NCBI GenBank assembly: GCA_029862185.1 | Contig: JAOTXX010000012.1 | Span: forward strand, 1,787-65,786 | DNA from: Myxococcales bacterium | GTDB taxonomy: Bacteria; Myxococcota_A; Polyangia; Polyangiales; Houyiibacteriaceae | Direction: 5' to 3' | Length of the DNA: 64,000 nucleotides | Part shown: piece by piece, positions 46,603 through 55,293 of the stretch | Layout of the letters: every line of letters begins with the position of its first letter | Position numbering within the stretch: position 1 is the stretch's first letter | Translations under genes and position numbers: made by a program | The notes under the pieces: generated by a model | Seen by the model: the letters and a program-made list of their open reading frames with translations, nothing else | Told to the model about the DNA's origin: nothing | Databases searched by the model: none

Positions 46603-48102
46603 TCACTCCGAAGCCAACATCTGGCTGTACTTTGGGGTCCTGGGGTTGTCTGGATACCGTTTGACGAAGGTATTCATGTGCCTTCGGGCCTCCACCAGGT
46701 CATCCATGGCCCGGTAGGTCTCGATCAAGAGCGCCAGGGCCGCGGGACTGCGCGCCTTGCCCCGGCCGAGGGCCTCGATCACGCAGCCGTTGTCTCCTCG
46801 AGCCACGCAAGCATAGGCCTCCTCGAGGGCCAGATTCGGATCGGGCGCAGGAACGGGCTCGGCTTCCCGCTTGGGAACCTGCTCGCGAGCCGGTCTTACG
46901 GCTCGCGCCCTTCGCATTAGGCGCTTGGCGTCCGAGCGCTGCTTCGACGTGATCTCGTCGAGCGCCAGCACGAGCTTGGCCTTGCGACGAACCTGCTCGA
47001 AGTCCCGTGCCTCGAGAGCGCGCTCCCCGTCGCTGATGTGTGACTGCGCGTAGCGGTACCGGATCTCGCCGAACTCCGGTGTTTCTCGAAGTACGCTGTC
47101 CGCGGGCAGGTCGTTCGCAATGGCGTGCGCCTCGTCGATCTCGCCGCCCGCCAGGGCCTCCAGGGCCTGGGCAAGCCTCCCTTCCCACTCCTGTGGCTCA
47201 GCGATCGCTTGGCCGTCGGAATCGCCAGCCGCGCTGGCGGGCTCTGGGGGGACGGCTTCGATTTCCGGAGGCAACGCCGCGGCAACGACCGGAGGACGTT
47301 CCGCAGCAACGATCCTCTCGGGCTCCGTACGCATCGTGGTCAGCACCGCGCCAGCCCCGGCAACCAGCAGCAAGGCGATCACCGAGATCGCAATCCCCGC
47401 CTTACGCGACGATGCGGGCGGGCCGTCAGATACGGCTTCGAGGGGAACAGGATCCAAGCTTCTCGAACCTTCGGGGGGCACGAAACGGAATCGAACCTTC
47501 CCGAGCTCGAGGATGTCTCCTGCTTCCAGCACGGCGCGCGACACGGGCACGCCGTTGACCCGCATCCCATTGGCGCTGTCGAGATCAAACACCGTCACCG
47601 CGCCGCCCTTCAACTGAACTTCGGCGTGCTCGTGCGAGATGGACTTGTGATTGATCCAGATGTCGAGGCGCTCGTCGCGGCCGATTCGCAGCACCGGTTT
47701 GCTCAAGCTGAACTCCGCCCCGGTCACCGGATCGCTGAGCACGACCAACCTGGGAGGCGGGGCGCTCTTGGGCTTCGGCGCCGGCGAAGGCATCCTTTGC
47801 TGGGTCGGCGGCGCGTCGGACTGAAACGCCAGATCGTAGTCACCAATCCCGAGCTGATCGCCGACGGCCAACTCCGCCTTTTCCTCGATTCGCTCACCGT
47901 TGACCGTGACGCCGTTGTACGAGCCGAGATCCTCGACAATGTAAGCTTGATTACGTTTCAACAGGCGCGCGTGACTGCGAGAGACGTTTCGTTCGGTGAG
48001 CCGAATGCTGTTGCCGTCCTGTCGACCGATCGTGATCTCGTCACGCAATAGCGGTACGACGGTCGTGTGACCTTTGTCGTCCAAGATGACGAGCTTATAC
48101 AT
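46603..48102 (-). CDS. double-FHA-domain membrane protein with C-terminal TPR-like region
   Basis: Two FHA cores (ITIGRQDGNSIRL...SRSHARL...GSYNGVTVNG and LRIGRDERLDIWI...SHEHAEV...SANGMRVNG), one TM, helical repeats. Start at the ATG at 48102 (MYKLVILDD). Confidence 0.8.
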   Translation of the reverse strand: MYKLVILDDKGHTTVVPLLRDEITIGRQDGNSIRLTERNVSRSHARLLKRNQAYIVEDLGSYNGVTVNGERIEEKAELAVGDQLGIGDYDLAFQSDAPPTQQRMPSPAPKPKSAPPPRLVVLSDPVTGAEFSLSKPVLRIGRDERLDIWINHKSISHEHAEVQLKGGAVTVFDLDSANGMRVNGVPVSRAVLEAGDILELGKVRFRFVPPEGSRSLDPVPLEAVSDGPPASSRKAGIAISVIALLLVAGAGAVLTTMRTEPERIVAAERPPVVAAALPPEIEAVPPEPASAAGDSDGQAIAEPQEWEGRLAQALEALAGGEIDEAHAIANDLPADSVLRETPEFGEIRYRYAQSHISDGERALEARDFEQVRRKAKLVLALDEITSKQRSDAKRLMRRARAVRPAREQVPKREAEPVPAPDPNLALEEAYACVARGDNGCVIEALGRGKARSPAALALLIETYRAMDDLVEARRHMNTFVKRYPDNPRTPKYSQMLASE

Positions 48103-48236
48103 CGTTCCGGCCCAAGAGCAGTTTCCGCTACAGTTCCGAGGGGTTGAGCGAATGGTACCTCGGCGTGCCCTGGTGTCAATCTTGCCTCGGTGAAGGTTTG
48201 CACTCCTCAAGAACCCGGCTATGCCGGTGCCCGAGG

Positions 48237-48590
48237 ATGAGCCCGCAATCTCGAAAAGCCGCCGTGCTCGCGTTGGGCTTTGCTTTTCTCGCTTCCTGCG
48301 GCGGCGCCGCGCGGGGACAGCCGGCTGGCGGAATTCACGCCAAGCTCGGCTATTCAGAAGGTGGAGGCCTCCGCGTCGTGGAGGCGCCAGCTGGAGGAGC
48401 AGCCGACCTCGCCGGGATCCGGACAAACGACGTGATCATCTCGATCAACGGTGCTTCGGTCCGCGAGCTCGACTATGAGGAAATCGTAGAGCGGCTTCGG
48501 GGACCGGTGGGTTCGACTGTCCAGCTCGAGGTGTTCCGCGCCGGTGAGGTACGCACGGTGGTCGTCATGCGACAGGCCTACGGCCGATGA
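48237..48590 (+). CDS. small PDZ-domain lipoprotein
   Basis: Lipobox AFLASCGG. PDZ core GLRVVEAPAGGAADLAGIRTNDVIISINGASV. ATGA overlap with mtnP. Confidence 0.65.
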   Translation: MSPQSRKAAVLALGFAFLASCGGAARGQPAGGIHAKLGYSEGGGLRVVEAPAGGAADLAGIRTNDVIISINGASVRELDYEEIVERLRGPVGSTVQLEVFRAGEVRTVVVMRQAYGR

Positions 48591-49459
48591 GCGAGGTGCA
48601 GCACACGCTCGGCGTCATCGGAGGAAGCGGGCTCTACGAGCTCGAGCACCTGGCGAACGTCGAAGAGTTGAAAATGACGACGCCGTTTGGCGCGCCTTCC
48701 GATTTGATCGTCGCTGGGACAATCGGAACCACGCGGTTGCTCTTCGTGCCCCGGCACGGCCGCGGGCATCATCTCCCCCCGCACAAGGTCAACTATCGGG
48801 CGAACATCCTCGCCCTCAAGATGGCCGGCGCGGAACAGATCCTCAGCATCTCGGCCGTGGGTTCGATGAAAGAGCACATCCATCCCGGGGACATGGTCGT
48901 CGTCGACCAGTTCATCGACCGGACCCGGAATCGCGTCGATACGTTTTTCGAGGATGACGGCGTGGTGGCGCATGTCGGTTTCGCAGACCCGATCGACGCG
49001 CAGCTCGCAGGGGCCCTGAGCGATGCGGCGCAAAGAGCCCACGCGACGGTGCACCGGGGTGGAGTCTACTTGAGCATGGAGGGCCCGCAGTTCTCGACCC
49101 GTGCCGAATCCGAGCTGTACCGCTCCTGGGGCGTTTCGGTCATTGGCATGACGAACCTCCCCGAAGCGCGCCTCGCGCGAGAGGCGGAGCTGCCCTATGC
49201 GACGCTCGCCATGGTGACGGACTACGACTGCTGGCACGAGGTTCACGATGCGGTTTCGGTAGACGGCGTCTTGGCGGTGATGCACAAAAACGTCGCCAAA
49301 GCCAAGGAAATCATTCTGGAGCTTGCCCCATCGGTGCCCGATCCAGCGAAACGCCCTGCCACCTCGGCGCTTGCCGGGGCGATCCTCAGCAACTCCGATT
49401 CGATCTCGGCGGCCGCCCGTGAAAAGCTGTGGCCCCTCATTCGCAAATACGTACCCTGA
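48587..49459 (+). CDS. mtnP: S-methyl-5'-thioadenosine phosphorylase
   Basis: LGVIGGSGLY, FVPRHGRGH, GMTNLPEARLAREAELPYATLAMVTDYDCW: canonical MTAP motifs. Confidence 0.9.
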   Translation: MSEVQHTLGVIGGSGLYELEHLANVEELKMTTPFGAPSDLIVAGTIGTTRLLFVPRHGRGHHLPPHKVNYRANILALKMAGAEQILSISAVGSMKEHIHPGDMVVVDQFIDRTRNRVDTFFEDDGVVAHVGFADPIDAQLAGALSDAAQRAHATVHRGGVYLSMEGPQFSTRAESELYRSWGVSVIGMTNLPEARLAREAELPYATLAMVTDYDCWHEVHDAVSVDGVLAVMHKNVAKAKEIILELAPSVPDPAKRPATSALAGAILSNSDSISAAAREKLWPLIRKYVP

Positions 49460-49467
49460 AAGCCAAT

Positions 49468-50361
49468 ATGTCATCGCTTCTCGTCGTCGGTTCCGTCGCT
49501 TTTGACACCATTCACAATCACCTCGGCTCCCACGAACGGGTCATCGGAGGGTCGGCTACCTACGCGTCTCTCGCGGCAAGCCAGCTCGCGCCAGTCCGGC
49601 TGGTCGGTGTGGTGGGCAAAGACTTCCCCCGGGAGGCGGTCGACATGCTCCGGGGCCACGGCATCGATACCACCGGGCTCGAGGTCGCGAACGGAGAGAC
49701 GTTCCACTGGGAAGGCCGTTACTCCGACGACCTCACGTCGCGCGAAACCATCAAGACCGACCTGAACGTCTTTGCGGATTTCAACCCAAAGATTCCAACC
49801 GCGTTCCGCGACTCCGAATTTGTGATGCTCGGCAACATCGCGCCACAGCTGCAACTGCACGTGCTCGACCAAATCCACAACCCGAAGCTCGTCATCGCCG
49901 ATACGATGAACCTCTGGATCGACATCGCGCTCGATCCGCTCAAAGAAGTGCTCAGGCGTGTCGACATCCTCGTCATCAACGAGGAGGAGGCGCGACAGCT
50001 CACGGGCTTCCACCACCCCCTCGCGGTCGCGGAGGCGTTGCGCACGTTCGGCCCGGAAACGGTGATCGTGAAGCGGGGCGAATATGGCGCGCTTCTGTTC
50101 CTCGACGAAGACATTTTCTGCGCACCCGCCTACCCGCTCAAGGCTGTTTCTGACCCGACCGGTGCGGGCGACTCGTTTGCCGGCGGCTTCCTCGGCTACC
50201 TCGCCGAAAACGGCCACACCGACCTCCGGCAGGCCGTGATCTGCGGCTCGGCGACCGCTTCATTTTGCGTGCAAGACGTCGGCACCGGCGCGCTCCAAGA
50301 CCTGAGCCGGGATCATCTCGAGAAGCGAATCCAAGACTTCCGCGAGCTCACCTGTTTCTAG
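49468..50361 (+). CDS. PfkB-family carbohydrate/nucleoside kinase
   Basis: LLVVGSVAFDTI N-terminus and DPTGAGDSFAGGFLGYL ATP-site motif. ATG at 49468 chosen. Confidence 0.8.
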   Translation: MSSLLVVGSVAFDTIHNHLGSHERVIGGSATYASLAASQLAPVRLVGVVGKDFPREAVDMLRGHGIDTTGLEVANGETFHWEGRYSDDLTSRETIKTDLNVFADFNPKIPTAFRDSEFVMLGNIAPQLQLHVLDQIHNPKLVIADTMNLWIDIALDPLKEVLRRVDILVINEEEARQLTGFHHPLAVAEALRTFGPETVIVKRGEYGALLFLDEDIFCAPAYPLKAVSDPTGAGDSFAGGFLGYLAENGHTDLRQAVICGSATASFCVQDVGTGALQDLSRDHLEKRIQDFRELTCF

Positions 50362-50423
50362 CCCGCCGTTTTCTTGACCCTGGCCGCGCGAAACCGACAC
50401 TGCGGTCTTAGGAAGGAACGGCT

Positions 50424-50666
50424 ATGAACCTAGACGAGCTCAAGGTGACTCTTCGCGGCCTCGTGCGAAAGACGATCGAAACCCGCTTCAGTGGAGCGAA
50501 CTACGCCACCTTGGCCCAGGCACGCGGCTACGCCGACGGCTACATGCGCGCCCTGCTCGACGCCGGCCTGATCGACCAAAAACAGCTGCTCGAGCTCGTC
50601 AACGCCGAACGCCGGCTCTTCGTCGACGAAGCCGGCAAGACCAGCGGCGCGACGCGCGCAGCTTAG
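50424..50666 (+). CDS. hypothetical small protein
   Basis: 80-aa ORF with a GGAAGGA Shine-Dalgarno-like sequence upstream. No motif recognised. Confidence 0.4.
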   Translation: MNLDELKVTLRGLVRKTIETRFSGANYATLAQARGYADGYMRALLDAGLIDQKQLLELVNAERRLFVDEAGKTSGATRAA

Positions 50667-50729
50667 AGGGACGCGAACGGCCGAGCGCGTTCCGCCAAAC
50701 ACACCCGGCCCCGCCGCTCCGGCAAACGC

Positions 50730-50768
50730 AAAAAAGTCGACCCGACCGCGATAACCACGGCCGGGTCG
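50730..50768 (-). terminator. rho-independent terminator for the cadherin-like lipoprotein gene
   Basis: 11-bp stem (one mismatch) at 50738-50748 / 50758-50768. On the minus strand it is followed by a T6 run (A6 at 50730-35 on plus). Lies 33 nt past the stop at 50801. Confidence 0.6.
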
Positions 50769-50800
50769 TTTGGGCGCTTCATGGACGCCAGCTTTGATAG

Positions 50801-51613
50801 TCAAAGCGCTCGGGTTACGTGGATCGTATACTGTCCGAACTCGGTCCCATGCTCGCCACTCGGGTGAACGATGACCTCCAACCTGCTGTCGCCGTCCGGG
50901 AGGTCGACCGGGATCCAGTCAAGGGCTGGATCGATCTGGTGTCCGGTAATCGTACCGCCAGCAACGCATTGGACGGAAACCGCTGCGCTTTCAACCGCTG
51001 GTTCCGCGACCACCATCGCTTCGGTGACGGAGTCGGGAAGCACCACATCGTATTCGGACACTCCGCTCTCGAACGCGATCATATCCTCAGGCAGCTCCTG
51101 CCCAGGCATCTGAAACGGTCGAAATTGAAGGTCCGCAAGTGTCGTTGGATGCGCTAGTTCCGTTCGCGTGACGATAATCGTATACTGGCCGAAGTCAGTA
51201 CCGTGCTCGCCGCTTGGGTGAACGATGACCTCCAACACGCTGTCGCCTGCAGGCAGATCGACCATGGTCCAGTCAAGGGCCGGATCGATCTGGTGTCCAG
51301 AAATGGTGCCACCAGCAATGCATTGGATAGAAAGCGCCGCGCTTTCAACCGCTGGTTCCGCGACTACCATCGCTTCGGTAACGGAGTCGGGAAGCTCCAC
51401 TTCATAGACCAACACTTCGCTCTCGAACGCGATCATATCCTCAGGCAGCTCCTGCCCAGGGACCTGAAACGGTCGAAATTGAAGGTCCGCAAGTGTTGTG
51501 GGATCGGCCGGCTCGCAACCAACGTCGTCCAGTTGCATAAACGCCGGAGAGAATACGAGCGCAAGCGCCAATCCGTACGTCTTCAATGACACAAAATGCT
51601 GTGCATATGTCAT
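50801..51613 (-). CDS. secreted/lipoprotein with two tandem cadherin-like beta-sandwich domains
   Basis: Signal peptide plus Cys (QLDDVGC). Two 118-aa units LADLQFRPFQ.PGQELPEDMIAFES...YTI.VTR that resemble the Cadherin-like (PF12733-type) pattern. Confidence 0.7.
   Translation of the reverse strand: MTYAQHFVSLKTYGLALALVFSPAFMQLDDVGCEPADPTTLADLQFRPFQVPGQELPEDMIAFESEVLVYEVELPDSVTEAMVVAEPAVESAALSIQCIAGGTISGHQIDPALDWTMVDLPAGDSVLEVIVHPSGEHGTDFGQYTIIVTRTELAHPTTLADLQFRPFQMPGQELPEDMIAFESGVSEYDVVLPDSVTEAMVVAEPAVESAAVSVQCVAGGTITGHQIDPALDWIPVDLPDGDSRLEVIVHPSGEHGTEFGQYTIHVTRAL
50804..51502 (-). repeat. tandem 354-bp (118-codon) in-frame duplication
   Basis: Register shift of exactly 354 nt (for example atcgtatactg at 50823 and 51177). 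Includes identical runs of 33-40 nt. Confidence 0.85.
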
Positions 51614-51706
51614 GACGTACCCCCTAATCTACGAGCCGCGGACTGGAGGACCCTCCCCTTGTCTGGGCCCGCACCTTTAACCTGGGCACGGTGAAGGCGC
51701 GTGGGA

Positions 51707-51740
51707 ATACGTAATTCTTACCCTTTTATACGTAATTCTT
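51707..51740 (-). promoter_or_regulatory. two direct copies of AAGAATTACGTAT (core AATTACGTAT, minus-strand sense) phased 21 bp apart, ~95-125 nt upstream of the 51613 start
   Basis: atacgtaattctt at 51707-51719 and 51728-51740 (plus-strand reading). Same core and phasing as 5556-5592. Confidence 0.4.
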
Positions 51741-51841
51741 TATCGAAACCGGACCGAGACCTTGGCGGCGATCCATGGCTGTACGAACGCCGAGCGCCCG
51801 CCTATCTGCTTCCCGAACACGAAAACACGAACGCGGACGCG

Positions 51842-52579
51842 CTATTGCCCGCGCCCAAATACGTACTCGAATGCCCCCGAGCCGTAGATGTACGAGCGGC
51901 GGTCGCGGTATCCTGCGGGCACGTTGTCGAAGTACACCCCACGGTAACGGAAGCCGAGGAGAAAAGCGCTCTTGGTCTCCTGGTTCTTCTTGTGGGACAC
52001 GGGAATGCGAAGGCCGGTGCCGATGGTCCAGCCCACCGTGTTGGTGGGGGCTGTGATGAAATCTTCCGGCTCGGAGCCGCGATCGATGAGGGCGATGACG
52101 TTCTCACGGACGGGAAGGCTCATGAAACCCCCGATGTCGACGAAGGGCACGCAGTACGGGTTCTCGTAGCCGAAGATCAGCGAGGCGTCTGGGCCGATGA
52201 AGCCGCCGCCGGTCCATCCTCCGCCTCCAAAGCCGACTGCGAGCGCAACGTGGTCGATGAACGCGTACTTGATGCCGAGGCGCCCGGCGAAGATGTTTCG
52301 GTTCTGCAGCGCGTAGTCTTCATCGGTGATGTTGAAACGCTGAAAGTTGCCCTCGACGCTTCCGTCGAGCCCCTTTGCGAGCCCGTGCCGAACCCGGACG
52401 CTGATGCCTCCGAGGTTCACGTACTCGCCACCGCCACCGCCTCCTTCCACTTGGATGCCGGTTTCTCGTGGGTTCAGCGCCTTCGCCGCCTCGAGTGGAA
52501 AGCTACGCACGGAGGGCGAGTGCACGTAGGGGGCGCAGCCGAAGAGCAAGACCAGGATGGCAGGAGGGCTCGGTCGCAT
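51842..52579 (-). CDS. putative outer-membrane lipoprotein / small beta-barrel protein
   Basis: Lipobox ILVLLFGCA. Gly-rich alternating beta-strand pattern. C-terminal aromatic-rich EYVFGRGQ. ATG at 52579 preferred (alternatives 52621 and 52708). Confidence 0.55.
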   Translation of the reverse strand: MRPSPPAILVLLFGCAPYVHSPSVRSFPLEAAKALNPRETGIQVEGGGGGGEYVNLGGISVRVRHGLAKGLDGSVEGNFQRFNITDEDYALQNRNIFAGRLGIKYAFIDHVALAVGFGGGGWTGGGFIGPDASLIFGYENPYCVPFVDIGGFMSLPVRENVIALIDRGSEPEDFITAPTNTVGWTIGTGLRIPVSHKKNQETKSAFLLGFRYRGVYFDNVPAGYRDRRSYIYGSGAFEYVFGRGQ

Positions 52580-52961
52580 GCCACGACGTATCGCAAGAAG
52601 CGGGCCAGGGGAACGGCGCATGGGATTGGCCGGGAATCCGAGTAGCCCTCGGGTGGAGCTGTGTACCGAACGCAACAGCGAAGCCGATTTGTTCACGTTC
52701 GCGGACATTTCCGAACGAGGCCTCTGACGATTTCCGCCGAATGGGTGATTTGCAAAAGAAAGCGGTGAAGAAATCAGATGCCCGTCCGTCTACGTCCCGC
52801 ATCAGGAGCGCAGTGCGTGTCGACGGCTTTTTGCGCGTGACGGTTCTCAGTCGCCTGCGATCGTGTCATACGGGGAACCGGTGATCAGCCAGTGACTCGG
52901 CGTGTGGATGGCGACGCCCAGATGAACGTGGAGCAGAGCGCTCGAAAGGAGATAGGATGCC

Positions 52962-54140
52962 ATGAAGGAATTGACTAACAGGCTCACCGAGGTTCTCGGT
53001 CCGGCTGGGTCTAGTGCGTTAGGCCATGCCTTGCTCGGGCTCGCGATACTCATCGTCGGTCTCTTCGTCGTCAAGCTAGTCGCCGGTCTGCTGAAGCGGG
53101 TGCTTACGAAGATTCCAGCGCTGCACCGAACAGCGGACGACGGTAGCGTCACCGATTTCGTTTCGCCGATCGTGTCGCTCGTGAAAGCAGTGCTCACGAT
53201 CTTCGTTCTAATCGCGGTGCTGGAGCACTTCGGACTGATGAACGTTCTCGATCCGCTGAAGTCGATGGCGAGCAAGTTCGCAGCTGCGGTACCCAACATC
53301 ATCGGTGCAGGAGTCATCGCCTATGCGGGCTGGATCATCGCGAAAGTCCTCGCCCAGTTGGCAGGCGTAGCGTTGGAAAAAGTGGACGAACGGGTGGCGG
53401 AACGCACAGGAAACGAAGACATCAGCCTGGCCAAGTTTGGTCGGGCCCTGGTCTTCGCCGTGATCCTGCTCCCGGTCATCGTTTCTGCGCTCGGAGTGCT
53501 GGACATCCCCGCGATTTCCGTCCCAGCGTCAAGCCTGATCGAAAAGCTCATGGCCGCAGTGCCCAACATCGTCGGCGCTGCCATCATCCTTTTGGTGGTC
53601 TATGTGGCCGCGAAGTTCGTGATTTTCGTCCTCAATGGCCTCTTGGAGGGGATGAAGTTCGACGCGCTGCCCGAGAAGATCGGCATCGACGGCTTGTTCA
53701 CGGAGTCGTTCACGCCGACGCGACTGGTAGACATCGCGATCATGTTTTTCTCGATGTTGGCAGCCGCGGCCGCAGCCGTGAACGTGCTGAAAATCGAGGT
53801 GATCTCCGATGTATTCGCCTCGGTGCTGGAGTTCGGCGCCGGCTTGCTCATTGGCGGTCTCATCCTGATCATCGGCAACTTCCTCGGCACGTTGGCCTAC
53901 GAAAAGCTGACCGAGCACGGGAGCCCGGGGCTCGCTAACATCGCCCGAATCGCGATCCTCGGCTTGGTGCTCGCAATGGGCCTGAAGGCCATGGGGCTAG
54001 CCGACAACATCGTCAGCATGGCGTTTGGCTTCACCCTGGGCAGTGTTGCCGTTGCGGCTGCGCTTGCGTTTGGGCTAGGCGGTCGTGATGCGGCAAAGTC
54101 CATCGCCGACGATTGGGCTCGGAAAATCAAGGAGCGGTAG
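52962..54140 (+). CDS. polytopic membrane protein with repeated TM-helix units (CmpX-like, putative mechanosensitive)
   Basis: Four to five repeats of the pattern ...AVPNI(I/V)GA.II....(Y/W)..AK.V... reminiscent of the 'conserved TM helix' repeat family. Confidence 0.55.
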   Translation: MKELTNRLTEVLGPAGSSALGHALLGLAILIVGLFVVKLVAGLLKRVLTKIPALHRTADDGSVTDFVSPIVSLVKAVLTIFVLIAVLEHFGLMNVLDPLKSMASKFAAAVPNIIGAGVIAYAGWIIAKVLAQLAGVALEKVDERVAERTGNEDISLAKFGRALVFAVILLPVIVSALGVLDIPAISVPASSLIEKLMAAVPNIVGAAIILLVVYVAAKFVIFVLNGLLEGMKFDALPEKIGIDGLFTESFTPTRLVDIAIMFFSMLAAAAAAVNVLKIEVISDVFASVLEFGAGLLIGGLILIIGNFLGTLAYEKLTEHGSPGLANIARIAILGLVLAMGLKAMGLADNIVSMAFGFTLGSVAVAAALAFGLGGRDAAKSIADDWARKIKER

Positions 54141-54687
54141 CCTCCACCGAACGCCCAGCTCTCGCTCGGCGGCGCTCATGATGCCTCCTGGGAAAGGCCG
54201 TTGAACGCGCTTTGCGGGAGCGACTCGACGTGCGGAGATGGATCTTCTCCACCACGCCGAACACGTCGGTGGTCTCGACGACGTCACCGATCTTGAATGG
54301 CCACTGCTGATGGATGGCGAGGCCGATGCCTGAGATCAGGTTCCCTGCGAGATCCTGAAATGCAAAACCAAGGGCTAGCCCGATGACACCCGCACCGGCG
54401 AGTATGGAAGCGAGTGCCTTGTCGAGATTCAGGACGCCAAGGGAGACGACGACGCCGGCAAGCAGCACCCCGATTTGGATGATCCGTGAGATGAGCTCGC
54501 GGGCAGCCTCGTGCGTATCGAAACGGCGAAGGGCTCGATCGCTCGCGCCGCACGCCATCCGCGCAACGAACCAGAACAGGCCAAGCACGAGTAGCGCAAC
54601 GATCATGTTGGGCAGCATCTCACCGAACGTCTCGGCCCACTTCGATAGCTTCCCGGTCACGTCTTCATAGATTTGTTCAAGCGGCAT
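54127..54687 (-). pseudogene. truncated MscS-family mechanosensitive channel (N-terminal ~55 percent only)
   Basis: TM3/pore region AGAGVIGLALGFAFQDLAGNLISGIGLAIHQQWPFKIGDVVETTDVFGVVEKIHLRTS. The reading frame then degenerates into an R/S-rich tail and ends inside the convergent neighbour (14-nt overlap). The cytoplasmic beta/alpha-beta domains are absent. Confidence 0.5.
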
Positions 54688-54976
54688 CAGTCAGCACTCC
54701 AACGTTCGCGTGACGTTCGAGGAACCATATGTCGAGCTTGGTTCCACGAAGAACTTCGGTGAGCAGGTCTTCCGTTGCGGGGTCGTTGTGTTCTCCGGAC
54801 TCACCAACGGTGCTGCGGACGACACGATTGTACTCGCTGTATCGGTTGACGAGCTTGGTCTTGCTCTGCGCCGGTAATGAAACGTGGTCGGTGAATTGGG
54901 TGGGCATAGAGTGATGGTTCCTTTCGTGGTTGGTCAAATGATGGAGAGTGTTCGAGTGGTGCTCGTCCGGACTCAC
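54677..54976 (-). CDS. Dps/ferritin-like C-terminal half-protein with His-rich N-terminus (possible gene remnant)
   Basis: ...LVNRYSEYNRVVRSTVGESGEHNDPATEDLLTEVLRGTKLDIWFLERH matches the last two helices of Dps. The ferroxidase-bearing N-terminal half is missing. GTG start overlaps the upstream stop (GTGA); an alternative ATG lies at 54907. Confidence 0.45.
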   Translation of the reverse strand: MSPDEHHSNTLHHLTNHERNHHSMPTQFTDHVSLPAQSKTKLVNRYSEYNRVVRSTVGESGEHNDPATEDLLTEVLRGTKLDIWFLERHANVGVLTDAA

Positions 54977-55293
54977 TTGCGCGGATGCGCCAGCTGCTTC
55001 GCGAGCTCTTGGAATCGCATTTGGAGATCCTTTCCGGCTTCGACGAGGTCTTCTTGTGTCCGTTCGACGGCTTCTTCTACCTCGGCGCTAAATCGTTTGG
55101 CCTCCCGTTCGAGCATTCTCCTGGTGTCCTGCGCCTCAGCGCTGGCGCCCTTGGACTTCATTCGAATCTCGTGCGCGGTGCGAGAGAGCTCATCACGCAG
55201 GCGAGTCAATTCGTCGGTGACGGTCTCGCGAACGGTCGGCTCAGACGGCTCGCGGTCGTTCGTAGTGGATTGAACGTTCATGGTTTCTTGCAT
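54973..55293 (-). CDS. small charged coiled-coil protein (stress-protein-like), function unknown
   Basis: 106 aa, E/R/K-rich heptad-like sequence. First gene of a three-gene minus-strand unit. Confidence 0.5.
   Translation of the reverse strand: MQETMNVQSTTNDREPSEPTVRETVTDELTRLRDELSRTAHEIRMKSKGASAEAQDTRRMLEREAKRFSAEVEEAVERTQEDLVEAGKDLQMRFQELAKQLAHPRK

Noticed and set aside
48171-48186. Sigma-54-like TGGTGTCaatcTTGCC upstream of the PDZ-lipoprotein/mtnP genes
   Set aside because: GG/GC spacing is right, but three of the flanking consensus positions differ. No activator gene or upstream dyad is nearby. It is too weak to call without a scored PWM.
51859-51866. Third partial copy of the box (ATACGTAC) near 51859
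   Set aside because: Only 7 of 10 core positions match, and it lies inside the coding 3' end of the 51842..52579 gene (…EYVFGRGQ). Treated as coincidence.
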